In this document: in pieces, positions 19,170 through 28,089 of the stretch | Layout of the letters: each line of letters begins with the position of its first letter | Position numbering within the stretch: the first letter of the stretch is position 1 | DNA from: an uncultured Solirubrobacteraceae bacterium | GTDB lineage: Bacteria > Actinomycetota > Thermoleophilia > Solirubrobacterales > Solirubrobacteraceae | Direction: 5' to 3' | Assembly: GCA_963729155.1 (NCBI GenBank) | Contig: CAVSMP010000015.1 | Coordinates: 93,797 to 157,796 of the forward strand | Length of the DNA: 64,000 nt | Notes under the pieces: generated by a model | Told to the model about the DNA's origin: nothing | The model's database searches: none | What the model saw: the letters and a program-made list of their open reading frames with translations, nothing else | Position numbers and translations under genes: made by a program

Positions 19170-20549
19170 GTGCCCGCTCCCACCGTCGTCATCCTCGCAG
19201 CCGGGGAGGGGACGCGGATGCGTTCCTCCCTGCCGAAGGTCCTCCATCCGCTCTGCGGCCGCCCGTTGATCGCGTGGCCGATCGAGGCCGCCCGCGCGGC
19301 CGGGGCGGGCAAGGTCGTCGTCGTCGACGGCCCCCAGCGCCGGCTCGCCGACCACCTGCCCGAGGACGTGACCGTCGCCGTGCAGGCCGAGCCCCGGGGG
19401 ACCGGGGACGCGGTCGCCGCCGCCGTCGGGGAGATCGCCGACGGCGACACCGTCGTGGTCACGATGGGCGACGTGCCGCTGGTCGACGCGGATACGCTGA
19501 CCGGCCTGGTCGACGCCCACGAGGGGTCGGGCGCCGCCGCCACGATGCTGACGGCCGAGCTCGAGGACCCGACGGGCTACGGGCGCGTCGTGCGCGACGC
19601 CGAGGGCCAGGTCGAGCGCGTGGTGGAGACGAAGACGGCCGGGGACGCCTCGGAGGCCGAGCTGGCGATCCGCGAGGTCAACACGGGGATCTTCGCCTTC
19701 GACGGCGGCGCGCTGCGCGCCGCGCTCGAGCAGCTGGAGTCGGGCAACGCCCAGGGCGAGCTCTACCTCCCCGACGTGCTGCCGCGCATCAAGGAGGCGG
19801 GCCGCGAGATCGGCGCCCACATCGCGCGCCACCCCGACGTCACGCGCGGCATCAACGACCGCGTCGACCTCTCCGCGGTCCGCGCGATCGCCCAGCGCCG
19901 CATCAACGAGGCGCACATGCGCGCGGGCGTGACCCTGGTGGACCCCCGCAGCGCCCACATCGACGCGGGCGTCACGATCGGGGCCGACACGGTGATCGAG
20001 CCGGACTGCCTGCTCCGCGGCGCGACCACGATCGGGGAGCGGGTGACGATCGGCGCCTTCAGCCAGCTGATCGACTCGGAGGTCGGCGACGACGCGACCG
20101 TGCTGCGCTCCCACCTGCAGGACGCGCGCGTCCACGCCAAGGCCACCATCGGGCCGTTCGCCTACCTGCGCCCCGGCGCCGTCCTGCGGGAAGGAGCCAA
20201 GGCCGGGACGTTCGTGGAGATCAAGAACTCCACCATCGGCCCGGGCAGCAAGGTGCCGCACCTTTCCTACATCGGCGACGCCGACGTCGGCGAGGGCAGC
20301 AACCTCGGCGCCAGCACGATCACCGCCAACTACGACGGGCGCAGGAAGCACCGCACCACGATCGGCGACCGCGTGCGGACGAGCGTCGACACGATGCTCG
20401 TCGCCCCGGTGACCGTCGGCGACGACGCCTACACCGGCGCCGGGTCGGTCATCACCGACGACGTCCCGCCCGGCGCGCTCGGCATCGCCAGGCAGCGCCA
20501 GAGCAACATCGAGGGCTACGCCGAGCGAGTTTCGCGGAGGGAGCGGTGA
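19170..20549 (+). CDS. glmU: bifunctional UDP-N-acetylglucosamine diphosphorylase / glucosamine-1-phosphate N-acetyltransferase
   Basis: VVILAAGEGTRMRSSLPKVLHPLCGRP, then C-terminal hexapeptide repeats and NYDGRRKHRT. GTG 19170 lies inside track ORF 19038..20549. Confidence 0.92.
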   Translation: MPAPTVVILAAGEGTRMRSSLPKVLHPLCGRPLIAWPIEAARAAGAGKVVVVDGPQRRLADHLPEDVTVAVQAEPRGTGDAVAAAVGEIADGDTVVVTMGDVPLVDADTLTGLVDAHEGSGAAATMLTAELEDPTGYGRVVRDAEGQVERVVETKTAGDASEAELAIREVNTGIFAFDGGALRAALEQLESGNAQGELYLPDVLPRIKEAGREIGAHIARHPDVTRGINDRVDLSAVRAIAQRRINEAHMRAGVTLVDPRSAHIDAGVTIGADTVIEPDCLLRGATTIGERVTIGAFSQLIDSEVGDDATVLRSHLQDARVHAKATIGPFAYLRPGAVLREGAKAGTFVEIKNSTIGPGSKVPHLSYIGDADVGEGSNLGASTITANYDGRRKHRTTIGDRVRTSVDTMLVAPVTVGDDAYTGAGSVITDDVPPGALGIARQRQSNIEGYAERVSRRER

Positions 20550-21616
20550 GCGCGCCGACGCTGTCCCCCGCGCGTCGTACACTCCGCAACAAGGTGAGCG
20601 AGCTGCATACCCGCCCCGCCCCGAGCACCTCGCTGGAGCTCGAGTACAACAAGCGGCTCATGGTCGTGTCGGGGCGCGCGAACCCTCAGCTGGCCCACCG
20701 GATCGCCTCCAAGCTGGGCGTCGAGCTCGGCGCCGTGACGCTCAAGACCTTCTCCAACGGCGAGGTCTACTGCCGCTACGACGAGTCGATGCGTGGCGCG
20801 GACGTCTTCATCGTGCAGCCCACCTGCACCAACCTCGCCACCGGCGTCAATGCGAACGACGCGCTGATGGAGCTGCTGCTGATGATCGACGCGGCGGTCG
20901 GCGCCTCCGCCCACCGCGTGATCGCCGTCACCCCGTGGTACGGCTACTCGCGCCAGGACAAGAAGTCGATGGGCCGGGAGCCGATCTCCTCGCGCCTCGT
21001 CGCCCGCGCCCTCGAGGTCGCCGGGGCCGATCGCGTGCTCACGATGGATCTCCACGCGGGCCAGATCCAGGGCTTCTTCCAGAAGCCGGTGGACCACATG
21101 ACCGCGATGTCGATGCTCACGCAGTACGTGAACGACATGCAGCTGGAGGACCTGGTGGTCGTCTCGCCCGACGTCGGCCGCGTGAAGCTCGCCAAGAAGT
21201 TCGCCGAGAAGGTCGGCGCCGAGCTGGCGATCCTCAACAAGGAGCGGCCCGCCCACCAGGTCGCCGAGATCGCGTACGTGATCGGTGACGTCAAGGGCCG
21301 CAACGCCGTGATCGTCGACGACATGATCGACACCGCGGGCACGCTGCGCGCCGCCGGGGAGACGGTGATCGACGAGGGCGCCAAGCGCGTGTTCGCCGCC
21401 GCCACCCATCCCGTCCTGTCGGGCAACGCGTTCGAGAACCTCGCCGCGTCGCCGTTCGAGCAGATCGTCGTCACGGACACGATCCCGCTGCGCGAGGGCG
21501 CGCCGGACAACATCAAGGTGCTGTCCGTCGCCGACCTGCTGACGGACACGATCCGCCGGATCTTCACCGACGACTCGGTGTCCGAGGTCTTCGGCGGCGA
21601 GAACCAGCTCTTCTGA
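20546..21616 (+). CDS. prs: ribose-phosphate diphosphokinase
   Basis: VVSGRANPQLAHRIA...GYSRQDKK...MDLHAGQIQGFF...IVDDMIDTAGT. GTGA overlap with the glmU stop. The start could be further downstream. Confidence 0.9.
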   Translation: MSAPTLSPARRTLRNKVSELHTRPAPSTSLELEYNKRLMVVSGRANPQLAHRIASKLGVELGAVTLKTFSNGEVYCRYDESMRGADVFIVQPTCTNLATGVNANDALMELLLMIDAAVGASAHRVIAVTPWYGYSRQDKKSMGREPISSRLVARALEVAGADRVLTMDLHAGQIQGFFQKPVDHMTAMSMLTQYVNDMQLEDLVVVSPDVGRVKLAKKFAEKVGAELAILNKERPAHQVAEIAYVIGDVKGRNAVIVDDMIDTAGTLRAAGETVIDEGAKRVFAAATHPVLSGNAFENLAASPFEQIVVTDTIPLREGAPDNIKVLSVADLLTDTIRRIFTDDSVSEVFGGENQLF

Positions 21617-21672
21617 GCTCGGCGCAGCACCTCCAGGATCTGCTCGGCCTCACCGACGAGGAGCTGCTCGCC

Positions 21673-21924
21673 GTGCTCGACGAGGATCCGCTGACCGTGC
21701 TGGCCGGCGACCTCGAGCACAAGCCCGAGCTGCCGATCCTGCTCGACCTGCTCGCGGAGGCCGAGGAGCGCGCGGGCGCGCCCGTCCTGCGGCGCTGGGT
21801 GCGGGCGCAGGGGCCGAGCGGTCGCCCGCTGGACCTGCTCCTCGCGCGTGACTTCGGCGGCTTCGAGTCCGCGCTCGGGACGCTCGCCGAGCGCGGGTTC
21901 GTGCTGCGCTCGGGCGGCTACTAG
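21673..21924 (+). CDS. hypothetical protein (reading frame stays open and protein-like upstream to about 21613)
   Basis: G/C-ending codons throughout. The in-frame upstream sequence LQDLLGLTDEELLAV has no ATG/GTG/TTG. Confidence 0.45.
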   Translation: MLDEDPLTVLAGDLEHKPELPILLDLLAEAEERAGAPVLRRWVRAQGPSGRPLDLLLARDFGGFESALGTLAERGFVLRSGGY

Positions 21925-21928
21925 CGGC

Positions 21929-22207
21929 CTACTCGTCCGGGTCCGGGCGCTTCTCGCCGGGCCAGACCCCGGTGAGGTAGTTGAAGCCCACGGCGCCGTA
22001 GCGGTCGACGACCACGCGGGTCATCTTGAAGATCACGCCCTGCACGGCGGCCGAGCTGAGCAGCTTGGCCCAGGAGGTCTCCTGCGTGGTGGGCTTGGGG
22101 GGGTCCTCGTCGTCGATCTTCGTCCACACGAAGTTGAAGATCCGCTTGCCCAGCAGGCCGGCGAGGATGCCGAGAACGATGCCGAACGGCTTGTAGATCA
22201 CGCCCAT
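21929..22207 (-). CDS. DUF4235-like small membrane-associated protein
   Basis: MGVIYKPFGIVLGILAGLLGKRIFNFVWTKIDDEDPP...LSSAAVQGVIFKMTRVVVDR resembles the DUF4235 pattern as I recall it. Confidence 0.65.
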   Translation of the reverse strand: MGVIYKPFGIVLGILAGLLGKRIFNFVWTKIDDEDPPKPTTQETSWAKLLSSAAVQGVIFKMTRVVVDRYGAVGFNYLTGVWPGEKRPDPDE

Positions 22208-22236
22208 GCGGCGAGCGTACCCCCATCGGAGGTGCG

Positions 22237-23004
22237 TTGAATCGCCGCGCGATCATGGACAATGTCCGTGAGGAGGCCGATAAAGAGTCCAAAGAGGAAG
22301 CCATGGACGACCACGCCGACGATCTGCTCCGACGGGCGCTCATCGACGCCGAGGCGTCGGCTGCGGTCGCGCTGCGGGTGAAGGGCCTGCCGCTGTGCGA
22401 CACGCTGACGGTCGTCTTCCACGGCCGCCGCGACCTCGGGACGATCCAGACCTACGTCGCCCACGGCGGCCGCGGGGCCGGCGCCGCCGTGTCCGCGGGC
22501 GAGCTGCTGCGCGTGCCGTGCGACCTCGACCTCGGCGCGGCCGAGGACCGCGAGGAGGCCGAGGCGCTGTACGCCGAGCAGGCCGCCGCCCTGCGCGACG
22601 CGCTCGTCGGCGCCGACACGGTGCTCGACATCTGGCGCGAGCCGCTCGAGGACGTCGCGGGCTCGCGCGTGGAGGTCGACCGGCGCCTCCAGCTGGACGT
22701 CCGCCTGCCCGCCCACCGCCTGCTGCCGGCCGCGCTCGTCGCGCCCGAGCGGCGGATGGTCGTGGCCGCCGTCTGCGGCGCCCGGCCGCTCGCCCATGGC
22801 CGCCCGCCGATGGGGATCGTCTGCGCACAGCAGGACGTCGCGCGCGTGTATCCGCTGCCCGACGACCCGGAGCGCTGCCTGGAGGACTTCCTGGCCGTCG
22901 CCGCCGAGCACGCGCGCGAGATGGCCGAGCGCCTCGAGCGCCAGGAGGCGTCGGTCGAGCGCTTCCTCGAGCTCTCGGGCGACGACCCCGCAGAAACGGG
23001 ATAG
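22237..23004 (+). CDS. hypothetical protein (acidic)
   Basis: G/C-ending codons and a non-degenerate composition. ATG 22255 is an alternative start. The competing antisense ORF 22198..23280 is Arg/Ala-rich junk. Confidence 0.45.
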   Translation: MNRRAIMDNVREEADKESKEEAMDDHADDLLRRALIDAEASAAVALRVKGLPLCDTLTVVFHGRRDLGTIQTYVAHGGRGAGAAVSAGELLRVPCDLDLGAAEDREEAEALYAEQAAALRDALVGADTVLDIWREPLEDVAGSRVEVDRRLQLDVRLPAHRLLPAALVAPERRMVVAAVCGARPLAHGRPPMGIVCAQQDVARVYPLPDDPERCLEDFLAVAAEHAREMAERLERQEASVERFLELSGDDPAETG

Positions 23005-23020
23005 TAGGTTCCCGCGGCCC

Positions 23021-23470
23021 GTGCGCCGCGCCCGCGTGCTCATCCCCCTCGTCTTCGGCCTGTTCGTCTTCGTCGGCATCTCGCTGCTGCTCGCGCGCGG
23101 GCTGACCGGCGGCGGCGACGAGCGCGCCAGCGTGCTCGCGCTCGTCCGCGCCGAGGCGAGCGGTGACGCCGACGCCGTGCTCGCCCGCCTGCCCGCCTGC
23201 CGCCGGGAGCCGGCCTGCGCGCAGACGACCCGCGGGCGCGTCGCCGACCTGCGCCGCCCCGGGCGGGTGCAGATCCTCACCTACACCCCCTCGACCCGGC
23301 TGGCGCTGACGCGCAAGGTCGGGACGGCGCGCGTGGCGTGGCGCGCGGGCGAGGGGCTGCCCGTCGTCCAATGCGTGCGCGTGCGCCGCGACGGACCCCT
23401 GACGGGCGGCGGCGTGGAGCTGCTCTCCGTCTCGGCCCCGATCGCCCCCGAGGGCGGCTGCGCACCATGA
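23021..23470 (+). CDS. hypothetical N-terminally anchored membrane protein
   Basis: VRRARVLIPLVFGLFVFVGISLLLARG TM, then a Cys-containing domain. GTG 23021 lies inside track ORF 22796..23470. Confidence 0.45.
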   Translation: MRRARVLIPLVFGLFVFVGISLLLARGLTGGGDERASVLALVRAEASGDADAVLARLPACRREPACAQTTRGRVADLRRPGRVQILTYTPSTRLALTRKVGTARVAWRAGEGLPVVQCVRVRRDGPLTGGGVELLSVSAPIAPEGGCAP

Positions 23471-23534
23471 GTCAGGCATCGAACGCTCGCGACGGCGCGA
23501 CTTGCCGCCGCGCCGGGTGTTGGGATTCGCCGTG

Positions 23535-25397
23535 ATGCGGCTCCTCAGACTCCTCCTCCTCGCCCTGCTCGCGGTGCTCTTCGCGCCCTCGGTCGCGCAG
23601 GCCGCCGACGTCCCGTCGAACAAGACCCTGTACGCCGACGGCCCCTCGGGCCGCTTCCTGATGGACGGCCAGTGGCTGTTCCGGCTCGACGCGGCCGACC
23701 GGGGGGTGCGCCGGCGCTTCTACCGTCAGAGCTCCAGCGCGGGCTGGTCGCGGGTGACCGTGCCGAACGTCTGGAACGTCGGCGACGACTCCGAGGGCTC
23801 GATGCGCGGCTCGGTGGGGTGGTACCGCAAGGACTTCGAGCTGCCCGACAAGAAGGCCGCGCTCGACTGGGCCGTCCGCTTCGAGTCGGTCAACTACCGC
23901 ACCCGCGTGTATCTCAACGGGCGCGAGATCGGCCGCAACGCGGGCGCCTACATCCCGTTCACCATGCGCCTGAAGGGCCTGCGCAAGCGCGGGGTCAACC
24001 GGCTCGTCGTGCGCGCGGACTCGCGCCGCCTGCCGACGGACTTCCCGCCCTCGGGCCTGAGCACCACCGGTAACGCCACGGGCGGCTGGTTCAACTACGG
24101 CGGCATCCAGCGCGAGGTCTACCTGCAGAAGCTCGACACGGTGCAGTTCAACACCGTCCGGGTGCTGCCCCGGCTCCCGTGCGCGAGCTGCCCGGCCACG
24201 GTCGACTTCACGCTCGCGCTCGAGAACGTCACGGGCACGGGCCGGCGCATCTCCGCCGTGGCGAAGTTCGGCTCCAAGCGGATCGGGCTCGGCACCCGCA
24301 GGGTTCGCGGCGGCACCGCCGAGCTCTTCGAGGGCCGGCTGCGGCTCGGGCGGGCCCGGCTGTGGTCGCCCAAGAGCCCGTACCTGTACCCCGTCAAGAT
24401 CACCGTCTCCTCGGGCGGGCGGACCGTCGGCACCTACAACCTCAAGAGCGGCGTGCGCTCGATCAAGGTCACGCGCGGCCGGCTGTCCCTCAACGGCCGC
24501 CCCGTGAACTTCCGCGGCGTCGGCGTCCACGAGGACACCCGCACGCAGGGCTTCGCCGTCGACAACGCGTTCCGCGACCGGCTCGTGGCCGAGGCCCGCG
24601 CGGTCGGCGCGACGGTGCTGCGCACGCACTACCCGATGCACCCCTACATCCACGAGCTCGCCGACCGGCTCGGGCTGATGATCTGGTCGGAGATCCCTGT
24701 CTACGCGGTCAAGACGACCTACCTCAAGCGGGAGTCCGTGCGCGCGCTGGCGGCCAAGGAGATGCGCCGCAACGTCGAGACCAACCTCAACCACCCCTCC
24801 GTGTTCACGTGGTCGGTCGGCAACGAGCTCTCGTCGCGGCCCGGGCCCGTGCAGGGCGACTACATCCGGCGCGCGAGCGCGATCGCCAAGGACATCGATC
24901 CGACGCGGCCGACCTCGATCGCGTTCGCGGGCTACCCGTCCGCGGGGTGCCAGGGCGAGTACGGCCCGCTCGACATCGTCGGCGTCAACGAGTACTACGG
25001 CTGGTACCCCGGCCCGGGCGGCCGGCTGTTCGACCGCGACGGGCTCAGCGCCTTCCTCGACAGCGTGCGCCGCTGCTACCGGCGCAAGGCGGTCGTGGTG
25101 ACGGAGTTCGGCGCGGAGGCCAACCGCGACGGGCCGGCCGAGGAGAAGGGCACCTGGACCTTCCAGCAGGACTTCGTCAAGTACCACCTCGGCGTGCTCG
25201 CGAGCAAGTCGTGGCTGAGCGGCGGGGTCTACTGGGCGCTCAACGAGTTCCGGGTCAAGCCCGACTGGGAGGGCGGCAACCCGCGCCCGGCGCCCCCCGT
25301 GCACCAGAAGGGGCTGCTGACCTACGACGGCATGACGCGCAAGCCCGCGTGGGCTGACGTCCAGCGGGCCTTCCGCGGCACGAACCAGTACCCGTAG
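23535..25397 (+). CDS. secreted glycoside hydrolase family 2 protein
   Basis: Signal peptide MRLLRLLLLALLAVLFAPSVAQA. GH2 sugar-binding and TIM-barrel motifs: GWYRKDFELP, VNYRTRVYLNG, RTHYPMHPY, WSVGNE, VTEFG. Confidence 0.8.
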   Translation: MRLLRLLLLALLAVLFAPSVAQAADVPSNKTLYADGPSGRFLMDGQWLFRLDAADRGVRRRFYRQSSSAGWSRVTVPNVWNVGDDSEGSMRGSVGWYRKDFELPDKKAALDWAVRFESVNYRTRVYLNGREIGRNAGAYIPFTMRLKGLRKRGVNRLVVRADSRRLPTDFPPSGLSTTGNATGGWFNYGGIQREVYLQKLDTVQFNTVRVLPRLPCASCPATVDFTLALENVTGTGRRISAVAKFGSKRIGLGTRRVRGGTAELFEGRLRLGRARLWSPKSPYLYPVKITVSSGGRTVGTYNLKSGVRSIKVTRGRLSLNGRPVNFRGVGVHEDTRTQGFAVDNAFRDRLVAEARAVGATVLRTHYPMHPYIHELADRLGLMIWSEIPVYAVKTTYLKRESVRALAAKEMRRNVETNLNHPSVFTWSVGNELSSRPGPVQGDYIRRASAIAKDIDPTRPTSIAFAGYPSAGCQGEYGPLDIVGVNEYYGWYPGPGGRLFDRDGLSAFLDSVRRCYRRKAVVVTEFGAEANRDGPAEEKGTWTFQQDFVKYHLGVLASKSWLSGGVYWALNEFRVKPDWEGGNPRPAPPVHQKGLLTYDGMTRKPAWADVQRAFRGTNQYP

Positions 25398-25400
25398 CCG

Positions 25401-25742
25401 TCACGAGCGCTCGGGCACCCGCCGGGGTGCCCGGGCCGGCTCGGTGACCCGCCGGCGCTCGGGGCGCGGGCGCAGGTCGGCGAGCTTCTCGTGCCCGCGC
25501 AACCGCACGGGCGCCGGCTCGGCGTCGGGCAGCGGGATGCCGCCGGAGGGCGAGGTCTTGGGCGCCCCGGAGATGCGGTCGCTGCCGCCCCCGCCGCCGC
25601 CCTCGTCCTCCTCGGGCCCGTCGCCGCCGTCCTGCGCGTCCGAGCGCAGGAACATGACGAACAGCACCACGCCCAGCGCCAGGGCGACCAGATGCAGGGC
25701 TCCGAAGATGAGCATCAGCTCCTCGTCGGGGGACATACGCAA
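25401..25742 (-). CDS. small membrane protein, hypothetical
   Basis: One TM (LMLIFGALHLVALALGVVLFVMFL) followed by a Gly/Asp-rich and basic tail. Confidence 0.4.
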   Translation of the reverse strand: MRMSPDEELMLIFGALHLVALALGVVLFVMFLRSDAQDGGDGPEEDEGGGGGGSDRISGAPKTSPSGGIPLPDAEPAPVRLRGHEKLADLRPRPERRRVTEPARAPRRVPERS

Positions 25743-25799
25743 AAGTTACCCCGCCGGAGGGTCGGGCAGGCCCGGTTCGCTAGGATGGCGCGCCTCATC

Positions 25800-26528
25800 A
25801 TGGCTTCTGATACGTCTTCGCTCTCCCTTTCCAAGCGCGCTCCCGAGGGGTCGCGCTCCGCGCGCCGGCTGCGCCGTGAGGGCCTCGTCCCCGGCGTGAT
25901 CTACGGCGGCGACGGCGGGCCCGAGCACTTCGCGGTCGACGCCCGCATCCTTCGCAACACGCTCGCGCACTCCGGCGCGATCCTCGAGGTCTCCATCGAC
26001 GGCGGCTCGGAAGTCCCCGTGCTCGTCAAGGACCTGCAGCGCCATCCCGTGCGCGGCGAGGCCGTCCACGTGGACCTGCTCCGCGTGAACATGTCCGAGA
26101 CCATCCACACGACGGTCTCGCTCGAGCTCACCGGCGCCGAGGAGGCGCCCGGCAGCGTCGAGGGCGGCGTGCTCAACCAGGAGACCCGCGAGCTGAACAT
26201 CGAGGCCCTGCCGGGCGACATCCCGGACTCGATCACGTTCGACGTCTCCGGCATGGAGATGAACGCGACGGCGACGCTGTCCGAGCTCACCCCGCCCAAC
26301 GGCGTGACCTTCCTCGACGACCCCGAGGAGACCGTGCTCGCCACGATCACCCCGCCGACGCTGGAGCCGGTCGAGGAGGAGATCGAGACCGAGACCGCGC
26401 TGGTCGGCGAGGACGGCGAGCCGCTCGAGGGCGAGGAGCTCGAGGCCGCCCAGGCCGAGGCGGAGGCCCAGGCCGAGGGCGACACGGGCGAAGAGGCCGA
26501 GCAGAAGGCCGACTCGGAAGAGTCCTGA
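25800..26528 (+). CDS. rplY: 50S ribosomal protein L25 / general stress protein Ctc, with acidic C-terminal tail
   Basis: RRLRREGLVPGVIYGG...LQRHPVRGEAVHVDLLRV. ATG 25785 is an alternative in-frame start. Confidence 0.88.
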   Translation: MASDTSSLSLSKRAPEGSRSARRLRREGLVPGVIYGGDGGPEHFAVDARILRNTLAHSGAILEVSIDGGSEVPVLVKDLQRHPVRGEAVHVDLLRVNMSETIHTTVSLELTGAEEAPGSVEGGVLNQETRELNIEALPGDIPDSITFDVSGMEMNATATLSELTPPNGVTFLDDPEETVLATITPPTLEPVEEEIETETALVGEDGEPLEGEELEAAQAEAEAQAEGDTGEEAEQKADSEES

Positions 26529-27109
26529 GCCGGCTCAAGTTCGGCTCGTCCGCGCCCGTCGACTGGCTGGTCGTCGGGCTCGGCAACCCGGGGCCCGGCT
26601 ACGCCGAGAGCCCGCACAACGTCGGCTTCAAGGTGGCGGAGGAGCTCGCCCGCCGCTGGGAGCTGCCCAAGGCCAAGAAGAAGTTCGCGGGCGAGCTGAC
26701 CGAGGGCCGCACGGGCCCGGGCGGCCCGCGCGTGGCCGTGCTGCGCCCGCAGACCTACATGAACGAGGCCGGCCGCTCGGTCGGCCCCGCGCGCGGCTCC
26801 TTCAAGCTCGACCTCGACCGCCTCGTCGTCGCCCACGACGAGATCGACCTCCCGTTCGGCGACATCCGCGTGCGGCTGGGCGGCGGGCTCGCCGGCCACA
26901 ACGGCCTCAGGTCGCTCAAGCGCGAGCTGGGCGGTCCCGACTTCCACCGCGTCCGCGTCGGCGTCGGCCGCCCCGACTCGACCGACCCGGACATCGTCGC
27001 GGCCTACGTGCTCGGCCGCTGGCGGCAGCCGGCCTCCGAGGTCGCCGACCTGGTCTCGCGCGCGGCCGACGAGGTCGAGCGATTGGTGGTCCCCGTGCCG
27101 GGGGCGTAG
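26525..27109 (+). CDS. pth: peptidyl-tRNA hydrolase (start codon unresolved, probably non-canonical)
   Basis: WLVVGLGNPGPGYAESPHNVGF...QTYMNEAGRSVG...VVAHDEIDLPFG...GGHNGLRS. The first canonical in-frame start, GTG 26633, lies after the catalytic-His motif. Confidence 0.85.
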   Translation: MSRLKFGSSAPVDWLVVGLGNPGPGYAESPHNVGFKVAEELARRWELPKAKKKFAGELTEGRTGPGGPRVAVLRPQTYMNEAGRSVGPARGSFKLDLDRLVVAHDEIDLPFGDIRVRLGGGLAGHNGLRSLKRELGGPDFHRVRVGVGRPDSTDPDIVAAYVLGRWRQPASEVADLVSRAADEVERLVVPVPGA

Positions 27110-27120
27110 CCCGGGGCGGA

Positions 27121-27280
27121 CGTCAACGGCTCTGGGTGGGGAGGTGGGGGAAGGCCCGGACCGCCTCGAACTCCATCGAGGGGACGATTAGTCGCGCTGA
27201 GGGCGACTAATCGTCCCCTCGCGCTCGGGGCAGGCGATGCGGGCGGCTCCCTCGCCTCCCCCACCCAGCCGCCGTTGACG
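27121..27280. repeat. 160-bp imperfect palindromic element with perfect 18-bp central hairpin
   Basis: The termini CGTCAACGGC (27121-27130) and GCCGTTGACG (27271-27280) are exact reverse complements. The inner arms CTGGGTGGGGAGG and CCTCCCCCACCCAG pair with small indels. The core is GAGGGGACGATTAGTCGC (27178-27195) and GCGACTAATCGTCCCCTC (27203-27220). Confidence 0.7.
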
Positions 27281-27323
27281 TGCGCCGGCGCCACTACGGC
27301 CGTATGCGATAGCGTACGCACGT

Positions 27324-28082
27324 ATGTCGCCTCGTGACTGGGATGCCGCCACCTACCAGCGGCTGAGCGCGCCGCTGGAGGCGATGGGGCGCGACGTGCT
27401 GTGGCGGCTTCGGCTGGACGGTGACGAGACCGTGCTCGACGCGGGCTGCGGGACCGGGCGGGTGACCGCGGTGCTCGCGGAGCGGCTGCCGCGGGGGAGG
27501 GTGATCGGGGTCGACGGGTCGCGCGCGATGGTCGAGGAGGCGCGGCGGCGGCTGCCGGCGAGCGTCGACGTGCGCGTGGCCGACCTGCTGGAGCTCGAGC
27601 TCGAGGAGCCCGTGGACGCGATCGTCTCGACGGCGACGTTCCACTGGATCGGCGACCACGACCGCCTGTTCGCGCGCCTGCGCGATGCACTGAAGCCCGG
27701 TGGGAGGCTCGTGGCGCAGTGCGGCGGGGAGGGCAACGTGACCGCGGTCAAGGAGGCCGGCTTCACGCTCGCCGAACGCGAGCCGTTCGCCGAGCACCTC
27801 GCGGGCTGGCCCGGCGACTGGAACTTCCAGTCGCCGACGGCCACCGAGGCGCGGCTGCTGCGCCTCGGCTTCACCGACGTGTGGACGTGGGAGACCCGCG
27901 TGGCCGTGGACGTCGACGACGTGGCCGGCTACCTGGGCGCGATCTGCCTCGGCTCGTTCCTGGAGCGGCTGCCGGAAGCGCTGCACGAGCCGTTCGTCGA
28001 AGCCGCCGTCGAACTGCTGGGCGCACCCCTCACGATCGACTACGTGCGCCTGAACCTCCTGGCCTGCGCGCCAGTTTCCTGA
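27324..28082 (+). CDS. class I SAM-dependent methyltransferase (Tam/trans-aconitate-MT-like)
   Basis: VLDAGCGTGRVTAVLAERLP...VIGVDGSRAMVEEAR...DAIVSTATFHWI. Confidence 0.8.
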   Translation: MSPRDWDAATYQRLSAPLEAMGRDVLWRLRLDGDETVLDAGCGTGRVTAVLAERLPRGRVIGVDGSRAMVEEARRRLPASVDVRVADLLELELEEPVDAIVSTATFHWIGDHDRLFARLRDALKPGGRLVAQCGGEGNVTAVKEAGFTLAEREPFAEHLAGWPGDWNFQSPTATEARLLRLGFTDVWTWETRVAVDVDDVAGYLGAICLGSFLERLPEALHEPFVEAAVELLGAPLTIDYVRLNLLACAPVS

Positions 28083-28089
28083 GCGCCGC

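Noticed and set aside
19004-21616. 870-aa plus-strand ORF that appears to span tRNA-Gln, glmU and prs.
   Set aside because: Only the last ~356 aa (prs) are protein-like. The rest is an out-of-frame read across glmU and the tRNA.
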